A stretch of 64,000 nucleotides of DNA, taken from NCBI GenBank assembly GCA_964488255.1, contig CAZAUR010000009.1, positions 81,581 to 145,580 of the forward strand. Direction: 5' to 3'. The position numbers and the translations under genes are program-made. Below, piece by piece: positions 57,336 to 64,000 of the stretch. Origin of the DNA: an uncultured Spirochaetaceae bacterium. Lineage in GTDB: Bacteria > Myxococcota_A > UBA9160 > UBA4427. The notes beneath the pieces were generated by a model. That model was not told the origin of the DNA. It made no database searches and worked only from the letters and a program-made list of their open reading frames with translations. Positions within the stretch are counted from its first letter, which is position 1; the number at the start of each line of letters is the position of its first letter.

Positions 57336-60026
57336 CTAGCCGGCACTCTCGAGGCGGGCGATCCGGGACTTCGCCTCTTCGAGCCAGACCGGCTCGCTCG
57401 GGGTCAGCCCCCGCTCGGCCGCCGCCTTCACCAGCCGCTCGTAGTACTCGACGCTCGTGCGGCTCGTGGCGATGGCTTTGTCGTTGTTCTGGCTCTCTTC
57501 GTAGGCCTGGGCGAGGTGGTTGTGGACGACGCCCTGCACCTCGAAGGCTTCCGACGGAAAGCGGTCGGCGGCCTCTTCGAGATAGCCGATCGCTGCCGAG
57601 GGCAGCCCGCGCTTGAGCAGCACCCAGCCCAGGGTGTCCGCGGCGTTGCCGTCGTCGGGCAACGCTTCCTTCGCCTCTTGCGCCAGCTCGAGCGCGCGAT
57701 CGAGATCCCCGCCGTGCTCGGCGAGCAGATACGCGAGGTTGTTCTTCGCGAGCGACATCTCCGGGTTGAGCGAGATCGTCTTCTCGTACGCCGCGAGGGC
57801 ATCGTCCGTCTGTCCGAGGCGATCGTAGGCCTGCGCCAGCCGGTACTGGATGTCGGCTGATTCCGGGAGCGACGACGCCGCCGATTCGAGTGTCGTGACG
57901 GCGCCCGCGGCGTCGCCCAGGCGACTCGCGATCTCGGCGAGGGTGATCTGCGCGCTCACGTTGCGCGGCTCGATCTCGATCGCCCGGCGCAGGGCCGCGC
58001 GACCCCCGTCGAGGTCACCGCCCGTGACGAGCGCTTCGCCGAGGAGCTCGGCCAGCTCGGTGTTCTCCGGGCTCGCCTCCGAGGCGGCCCGGGCGCGTGC
58101 GAGCGCCTGGTCGTCGTTCCCCGCGTTGCGGTCGATCATGATCAGCGTCCGGATCACCTGGGGATTGCCCGGCGCCAGCGCGTCGGCGCGCTCGAGCTTG
58201 CGCGTGCCCTCTTCGACCCGGCCATAGGCGAGATCGATCCGCCCGAGGGCGAAGAACGCCGCGGCGTCCCACTGATCCTCGGGCACCGTCGCGATCTCCT
58301 CGTAGGCCTCCTGCGTGCGCCCCACCCGGATCAGGCTCTGACCCACCGCGATCCGGACCGGCATGTCGCCGGGCCGGCTCTGGAGATACGTCCGTCCGTT
58401 CTCGATCACGAACTCGTGCTCGCCGAGGCTCTGATAGACCTGCGTCAGCAACTTGCGCGCATCGAGCAGTCCGGGCTCGGTCTCCAGCGCGGCTTCGAGC
58501 TCGACCCGGGCACGGGCCAGCTCACCCGAGGCAGCGAGGGTGGACCCGAGGACGTAGCGGGCCTGGCCCCAGTCGGGTCGCGCCTGCAGCGTCGTCTCGA
58601 GGGAGGCCTTGGCCGCCGGAAGATCGTCCTCGGCGAGCTCGATCTTCGCCTTCACGAAGTTGGCCTCGGGCGCATCGGGGGTGTCCGCGAGGACTTCGTC
58701 GACGATGCCGCGACCCCGCTGGATGGTGTCCGCGTCGTCGTCGCGATAGCCGAGATCGATCAGCAGCTCCGCGACGCGCAGCTTTGCGGGAACGCTCTCC
58801 GCGTTGGCCGCGACCGCCGCCTCGGCCGCCGCGAGCGCACCGCCGAGATCACCCTGGGTTCCGAGGTAGGCCGAGAGCACGAGCTGGGCGTCGGCGTTGT
58901 CCGGCGCCTCCTCGGTCGCGCGCCGGATCATTTTCTGCTCTTCCTCGGAGAGCCCGTCCGCGCGGTAGAACTGGGCCATCTGGTAGATGAGCTGGATCTT
59001 GCCCTCGCTCTTCGACACGCCTTCTTCGAGGGTCGCGATCGCGGCATCGCTGTCGCCACGGCTGCGCTGGACGAGGGCCTTCAGCGTATAGGCGCCGTTG
59101 ATCGCCTCCTCGCGCAGGACGTTGTAGAGGAGGGTCGTGGTGCCGGGATCTTCGGTGTCCCCGTCCGCGGTGGGTCGCTCGATCGGCGCGGCGTTCGCGA
59201 GCTCGATCAACCGCTCGAGCAGCACGTCGGCCTCGTCGTTTCGATTGCCGGCCCGGAGCACGAGACGCGTGAGCGTGTGGGCGCCGAGGTAGCTCGGTTC
59301 GAGATCCAACAGCGCGCGGTAGACGGACTCCGCTTCTGCGCCCTTGTCGTGTCGCTCGAGGAACCCGCCGAGCAGGAAGCGGAACGCTGCGGCGTCCGGC
59401 GCGGCAGCGACGGCCGCACGGAAATCGGACTCGGCGCCTTCGAGGTCGTCGCGGTTCTCGCGGGCCTGCGCGCGAAGCGTGTGGCCGCGCGCGTTGTTCG
59501 ACTCGATTCGCAGGACCGCTTCGGCCTGCTCGTTGGAGAGGTCGTAGTCGCCGATCGCGGCGGAGATCGTGCCGTAGCGGAGACGCGCCTCGATGTTGTC
59601 GGGCGCGACGCGAACCGTCTCCGACATCTCCCAGTAGGCTTCTCGGGGCTTGTTCACACGCAGGTACGCGAGCGAGAGCTGCTCGTGGGCGTCCGCGTTC
59701 TCGGGGTCGAGCTGGAGCACGTTCTTGTACTCGATGATCGCCTCTTCGTCCTTCGATTCCTCGACGTAGGCTTCGCCGCGGGAGAGAAACTCGGCGATGC
59801 GCTCTTCGTCGTTCGCGCAGCCCGCCGCGAACACGGCGAGCACGACGAGCGCGACCCAGCCGGCACCGGGAAGCGGACGAGCCGATCGACTGCGAGAAGG
59901 CAGGCCGAAGAGGCGATCGGAACGAAGGAGAGAGCCCGAAGACGTCACGCTGGATCCTTTACGCGCCGCGCCGCGGAGCGACGCAGGCAGAGCCCGGGAG
60001 ATTCGAGAGGCGAGAGAGTGCGCCAT
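57336..60026 (-). CDS. prsT: Large TPR-repeat lipoprotein, PrsT-like (PEP-CTERM system associated)
   Basis: 896 aa with lipobox VFAAGC and TPR units throughout. Size and architecture match my recollection of the PEP-CTERM TPR lipoprotein family. It sits next to polysaccharide genes, and a PEP-CTERM substrate is in the window. Confidence 0.55.
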   Translation of the reverse strand: MAHSLASRISRALPASLRGAARKGSSVTSSGSLLRSDRLFGLPSRSRSARPLPGAGWVALVVLAVFAAGCANDEERIAEFLSRGEAYVEESKDEEAIIEYKNVLQLDPENADAHEQLSLAYLRVNKPREAYWEMSETVRVAPDNIEARLRYGTISAAIGDYDLSNEQAEAVLRIESNNARGHTLRAQARENRDDLEGAESDFRAAVAAAPDAAAFRFLLGGFLERHDKGAEAESVYRALLDLEPSYLGAHTLTRLVLRAGNRNDEADVLLERLIELANAAPIERPTADGDTEDPGTTTLLYNVLREEAINGAYTLKALVQRSRGDSDAAIATLEEGVSKSEGKIQLIYQMAQFYRADGLSEEEQKMIRRATEEAPDNADAQLVLSAYLGTQGDLGGALAAAEAAVAANAESVPAKLRVAELLIDLGYRDDDADTIQRGRGIVDEVLADTPDAPEANFVKAKIELAEDDLPAAKASLETTLQARPDWGQARYVLGSTLAASGELARARVELEAALETEPGLLDARKLLTQVYQSLGEHEFVIENGRTYLQSRPGDMPVRIAVGQSLIRVGRTQEAYEEIATVPEDQWDAAAFFALGRIDLAYGRVEEGTRKLERADALAPGNPQVIRTLIMIDRNAGNDDQALARARAASEASPENTELAELLGEALVTGGDLDGGRAALRRAIEIEPRNVSAQITLAEIASRLGDAAGAVTTLESAASSLPESADIQYRLAQAYDRLGQTDDALAAYEKTISLNPEMSLAKNNLAYLLAEHGGDLDRALELAQEAKEALPDDGNAADTLGWVLLKRGLPSAAIGYLEEAADRFPSEAFEVQGVVHNHLAQAYEESQNNDKAIATSRTSVEYYERLVKAAAERGLTPSEPVWLEEAKSRIARLESAG

Positions 60027-60274
60027 CGCCCCATGCCGTGCAAAGCCGGCAAGTCACCGGCACGCCGCCAGAAACGACGTCTGGCGGGCGTGGGACGAGC
60101 CTCGGGCTCATCGGCAGGACCGCGCCGGCACTCGAGCGTCGCGGGCGGCTTCGGAGCGCGGTTCCGGGGGCCTCGGGCCTCGGTGGAGGCTTCGGCAGCC
60201 GGCGTTGTCCCGGGCGTGGGCGTGCCTCGGTCAGGACGTTCGGTCCGGGTGTAGAGAGGCCGCGCGCGTGGGCC

Positions 60275-60961
60275 TCAGTCGGCCTCGTTCGGGATCACGT
60301 AGCGCTTGCCCTCTTGCGCCAGCCAGCCGGAGGTCTTCAGCTGCTTGATCGCCCGGGTCACGGTCTCCCGGGACGTGCCGACCATGTCGGCGATCTGCTG
60401 GTGCGTGAGCGACGGCGTCATGCGTAGGCCGCCGGTCGATTCGTCCGAGCGCGCGATCCGCTCGAAGAGGTTGCGGGTCCGCTCCTCCACGCCCTGGAAG
60501 GACAAGGAGCGCGCCTGCTCGTTCGTCTCGCGCAGTCGATTCGCGAGCTCCTCGATCACCGACAGCGCGAGGTCCGGGCTCTGGCGGAGCAGGTCGATGA
60601 AGTCGCGCCGCGAGAGCGCGAGGAGGACGGAGTCTTCGAGGGTCTTCACGCTCGCGGAACGCGTCTCGTCGCCGAGCAGCGCCATGTCGCCGAAGAAGGC
60701 GCCGGCCTCGAGGAAGTTCATGATCTTCTCACGCCCGTCCTCGGACGCCTTGGTGACCTTCGCTCGCCCTTCCCGGATCACGTACATGTAGTCGCCGGGA
60801 AGCCCCTCCTCGACCACCGTCGCATTCTTCGGGAAGCGACGCTCGATGAGGTGCGTCGCGAGCTCTTCGAGATCGGCCTCGCCGACCCGCCCGAAGAGCG
60901 GAATCGCGCGAAGGGAATCCAGGACGTCCTTTCGGACCGAGCCAGTCGTCTGCATCGCCAT
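60275..60961 (-). CDS. Crp/Fnr family transcriptional regulator
   Basis: cNMP-binding domain (IPLFGRV...GDYMYVIREGRAKV...FFGDMALL...RSASV) and C-terminal HTH (LTHQQIADMVGTSRETVTRAIKQL). Start at ATG 60961. Confidence 0.88.
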   Translation of the reverse strand: MAMQTTGSVRKDVLDSLRAIPLFGRVGEADLEELATHLIERRFPKNATVVEEGLPGDYMYVIREGRAKVTKASEDGREKIMNFLEAGAFFGDMALLGDETRSASVKTLEDSVLLALSRRDFIDLLRQSPDLALSVIEELANRLRETNEQARSLSFQGVEERTRNLFERIARSDESTGGLRMTPSLTHQQIADMVGTSRETVTRAIKQLKTSGWLAQEGKRYVIPNEAD

Positions 60962-61065
60962 CCTCGTCACCGTGGAGATCCGATCCCGGCCCACCCCCGA
61001 GCCGTCGGATCGGCGGCGATCCCTCGCCGCACCCGGGATCGTACGTCCCAACCCCGCCTTGGCTT

Positions 61066-61081
61066 AGTGACCGCCATCACA
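61066..61081. promoter_or_regulatory. Crp/Fnr-type box upstream of the Crp-family gene
   Basis: AGTGACCGCCATCACA matches 9 of 10 positions of TGTGA-N6-TCACA and lies about 110 nt upstream of the regulator start codon. Confidence 0.45.
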
Positions 61082-61154
61082 AATCCGGGGACACCGTGAC
61101 GAAAGAACCCCGCTTCGGGTGACCGAGAGCCACCCGTGGGTGCCGCGAAGCCCT

Positions 61155-62492
61155 TCAAGTCCTCGCAGCCGCGTCCGCGACCCCCACGCCGGAATACACG
61201 AAGCCGAGTCCGCGCATCGTCTTCGCATCGTAGATGTTGCGCATGTCCACGATCCGCGGCGTCGCCATCAGCGCCTGGACCCGCTCGAGGTCGAGCATCC
61301 GGAACTGGTTCCACTCGGTCACGATCGCGGCGGCGTGCGCGCCGTCCAGCGCTTCGTAGGCGTCCTTGCAGCCGACGAGCTCGGGTAGCTCCGCGAGCGC
61401 GTGCTCGAGGGCGGCCGGGTCGTAGGCGCGGACCGAGGCGCCGCGCTCCTGAAGCGCGCGCACGATGTCCATGGCCGGCGCTTCCCGGATGTCGTCGGTC
61501 TCCGGCTTGAAGGACAGGCCTAACACGGCGACGACCTTGCCCTCGACCTCGCCGTCGAGGGCGGCGATGACCTTGTCGATCATGCGCGTCCGCTGCCGGT
61601 CGTTCGCGCGGATCGACGCTTCGATGATGCCGAGCTCGTGACCGAGCTCCCGCGCGAAGTGGACCGCGGCGCGATTGTCCTTCGGAAAGCAGGATCCGCC
61701 GAAGCCGGGACCGGCGTGCAGGAACTTCTTCCCGATTCGCCCGTCGAGGCCCATCACACGCGCGATCGCCTGGACGTCGCCGCCGACCGATTCGCAGAGC
61801 ACGGACATCTCGTTGATGAAGGAGATCTTCGTCGCCAGGAAGGCGTTCGCGGCGTACTTCGAGAGCTCCGCTGTGTGGATGTCGGTCTCCACGAAGGGCG
61901 TCTCGTTCAGGTAGAGCGGCCGATAGAGATCCTTCAGGATCGCGAAGGCCTGCTCGTCCTCGCCGTCGGTGCCGATCACGACGCGATCCGGTCGCATGAA
62001 GTCGCCGATCGCGGCGCCCTCCCGCAGGAACTCGGGATTCGAGGCGAGGCTGTATCGGATCGTCTCGCCGCGCTTCGCGAGCTCCTCGTCGATGCACTCG
62101 CGGGTGAACTTCGAGGTGCCGACGGGGACGGTGCTCTTGGTGACGACGACCTTGTAGCCGTCCATCTCGCGTCCGATCTGACGCGCGACCGCCTCGACGC
62201 GCGAGAGATCGGTGCTCCCATCGGGCTTCGGAGGCGTTCCGACCGCGACGAAGAGCACGAGCGCCTGCTCGATGGCGTGCTCGGTGTCGGTCGTGAAGGA
62301 GAGACGGCCCGCCTGCACGTTCCGCCGCACCAGATCCTCGAGCCCGGGCTCGTAGATCGGGATCTCGCCTCGAAGGAGACGATCGATCTTCTCCGCGTCC
62401 GAGTCGACGCAGGTGACGTTGATCCCGAACTCGGAGAAACACGCACCGGTGACGAGGCCGACGTAGCCGGTTCCGATCACTGCGATGTTCAT
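61155..62492 (-). CDS. ugd: UDP-glucose 6-dehydrogenase
   Basis: MNIAVIGTGYVGLVTGACF, GGSCFPKD (catalytic Cys) and a UDP-binding C-terminal domain. Confidence 0.92.
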   Translation of the reverse strand: MNIAVIGTGYVGLVTGACFSEFGINVTCVDSDAEKIDRLLRGEIPIYEPGLEDLVRRNVQAGRLSFTTDTEHAIEQALVLFVAVGTPPKPDGSTDLSRVEAVARQIGREMDGYKVVVTKSTVPVGTSKFTRECIDEELAKRGETIRYSLASNPEFLREGAAIGDFMRPDRVVIGTDGEDEQAFAILKDLYRPLYLNETPFVETDIHTAELSKYAANAFLATKISFINEMSVLCESVGGDVQAIARVMGLDGRIGKKFLHAGPGFGGSCFPKDNRAAVHFARELGHELGIIEASIRANDRQRTRMIDKVIAALDGEVEGKVVAVLGLSFKPETDDIREAPAMDIVRALQERGASVRAYDPAALEHALAELPELVGCKDAYEALDGAHAAAIVTEWNQFRMLDLERVQALMATPRIVDMRNIYDAKTMRGLGFVYSGVGVADAAART

Positions 62493-62531
62493 GCTGCGCG
62501 TGCCCCCCGACCCGTGCTTCGAGCTTCTTGC

Positions 62532-63671
62532 CTAGCCGCTTGAGCCTGCCTGCGTCGAATCTGCCGGCTGCGCGTCCGAATCGGCGCACACTTCGGCTTC
62601 TCCGGAGGTGTCGCTGGGGGAATCCCCCAGGATGTCCAGCGAGAACGCGTCGAGATTGCGAAGGAGTCGGATCGTCACGGCCACCACTGCGGCGAGATAG
62701 AGGAACGCGATCCAGCCGTCGATCTGCGAGAACGACACCGCGATCATGCAGAAGCAGGCCGTCAGAAAGTAGAGCATCAGGACCGCGCTCCGGTGCGAGC
62801 CCTCGCGGTGGAGCAGCCGGTGGTGCATGTGGAGCCGGTCCGGCGAGAAGACGCCGCGACCGCTGCGCAGGCGCCGCACGATCGACAACAGCGTGTCGAG
62901 CAGCGGGATCGCCAGCGCGATCAGGGGCACCAGGAACGCGAGCAGCGCCGTCTTCCGGTAGCCCTCGAGGGCGAGCACCGCGAGGCCGAAGCCGATGAAG
63001 AGCGACCCGGTATCACCCAGGAAGATGCGGGCGGGCGGGAAGTTGAAGGGCAGATAGCCGATCAGCGCCGCGAAGAGCGCGAGCCCGACCACGACGCCGA
63101 CCCATTGCCCCGCCTGCCAGCAGATGATCGTCAGGGTTCCAGCGATGATCGCGCCAATCCCCGACGAGAGTCCGTCTAGCCCGTCGATCAGGTTCATCGC
63201 GTTCGTGACACCGACGATCCAGAGCAACGAGACCGGCCACATGATCCAGGCCGCCACGACCTTCGTCTCGGCAGCGATCGGGTCGGTGAAGACGTCGAAG
63301 CGGAAGCCCGCCTCGATCGCGATCGCGGCCGCCAGGATCTGAAACGCCAGCTTCACGAAGGGGCGCACGTTCAGCCGATCGTCCCAGACGCCGACGGCGA
63401 TCAGGACCAGGGCGCCCAGACCGAATCCGGCGATCCGCGACGGCAAGGCGCCTTCCGCGGAGATGGCCATCGCAGTGACGAGACCGGCGGCACACCCGAT
63501 GGCGGCCGCCAGGCCTCCGAGGAGCGGCATCGCCGCGCGCTTGCTCACCTTCCGCTCGTTCGGCCGATCGACGGCGCCGATGCGGGTCGCCAGGCGGATC
63601 ACGAACGGAGTCGTCGCCGCGGCAGCGAGCGCGGATACGGCGACGATCGCGATGGCGTGAAGCGGTTCCAA
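62532..63671 (-). CDS. Polyprenyl-phosphate sugar-1-phosphate transferase (MraY/WecA family)
   Basis: About 10-11 TM segments, with VDRPNERKVSKRAAMPLLGG, NAMNLIDGLDGL and LGDTGSLFIG. Confidence 0.85.
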   Translation of the reverse strand: MEPLHAIAIVAVSALAAAATTPFVIRLATRIGAVDRPNERKVSKRAAMPLLGGLAAAIGCAAGLVTAMAISAEGALPSRIAGFGLGALVLIAVGVWDDRLNVRPFVKLAFQILAAAIAIEAGFRFDVFTDPIAAETKVVAAWIMWPVSLLWIVGVTNAMNLIDGLDGLSSGIGAIIAGTLTIICWQAGQWVGVVVGLALFAALIGYLPFNFPPARIFLGDTGSLFIGFGLAVLALEGYRKTALLAFLVPLIALAIPLLDTLLSIVRRLRSGRGVFSPDRLHMHHRLLHREGSHRSAVLMLYFLTACFCMIAVSFSQIDGWIAFLYLAAVVAVTIRLLRNLDAFSLDILGDSPSDTSGEAEVCADSDAQPADSTQAGSSG

Positions 63672-63754
63672 GGGGTCGACTTCTCATCGCCCGCGCGCGC
63701 GAAGGGATCGCGCGGCGACGCGGAGTTGGATGGGGAACGACGGACGTGTCCCGG

Positions 63755-64000
63755 CTAGTAGTACCCGTACTGCTCGCGGCTGGCCTCGGACCCGTTGAGC
63801 ACGAGGCCGACGACCTTCCGTCGATCGAGGATGTCGAGCGCGGCCTGCACCTCTTCGCGAGGCGTGGCGCCGGCTCGCACGACCATCACGAGGCCGTCGC
63901 AGAGCTCCGACACGCTCTTGGCGTCCGGCAGTCCGAGGCACGCCGGCGTATCGAGGATCACGCGGTCGTAGCGGGTCGCGACCTCTTCCGTGAGCTTCCG
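63755..64000 (-). CDS. C-terminal fragment of a polysaccharide-synthesis P-loop tyrosine kinase (BY-kinase-like); the gene runs off the right edge
   Basis: My translation to the window edge gives RKLTEEVATRYDRVILDTPACLGLPDAKSVSELCDGLVMVVRAGATP...SREQYGYY. The YDxVIxDTP Walker-B-like motif and a Tyr-containing tail are present. Confidence 0.6.
   Translation of the reverse strand, partial: RKLTEEVATRYDRVILDTPACLGLPDAKSVSELCDGLVMVVRAGATPREEVQAALDILDRRKVVGLVLNGSEASREQYGYY

Overview
GC-rich bacterial chromosomal segment in which third codon positions are almost always G or C. About 60 genes are packed tightly, and nearly all lie on the minus strand. All calls rest on reading the sequence and on motif recall; no searches were run.

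Most of the window is housekeeping:
- nusB-ribH-ribD-nrdR-glyA-fabF-acpP-fabD-rpmF-yceD, then gltX
- tRNA-Glu(CUC)
- glyQS-ppdK, recO, korAB
- sucCD-mdh-aspS, argFB
- hslUV-xerC-trmFO-dprA

Surface and motility content:
- A pilA-pilG-pilH-pilI-pilD block arranged as in Myxococcus xanthus, with a clean sigma-54 promoter in front of pilA
- PilW-like and RodZ-like genes
- A LysM (TsaP-like) gene next to dprA
- A PEP-CTERM protein in a lower-GC pocket
- At the right edge, a polysaccharide locus: PrsT-like 896-aa TPR lipoprotein, Crp/Fnr regulator, ugd, WecA-like transferase and a BY-kinase fragment

This synteny suggests a Myxococcota-like organism, but that is inference only.

Main items for follow-up:
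1. A co-directional string of J-domain/TPR protein, lidless Hsp70, small partner protein, PAS kinase-like protein, BNR lipoprotein and GGDEF cyclase.
2. Two gene junctions where the stop-containing 3' end of a gene is tandemly duplicated with a 3n-1 period (38 bp and 47 bp). This creates chains of 12-13-codon mini-ORFs that echo the upstream C-terminal peptide and run into the next start codon.
3. A pyruvate phosphate dikinase with a 74-residue Lys/Ala-rich tail that contains no acidic residue.
4. A sigma-54 promoter plus upstream palindrome in front of an ECF-type sigma gene, with a related GTGA-N6-TCAC site in front of the Crp-family gene.

No CRISPR array, rRNA or clear mobile element was seen.
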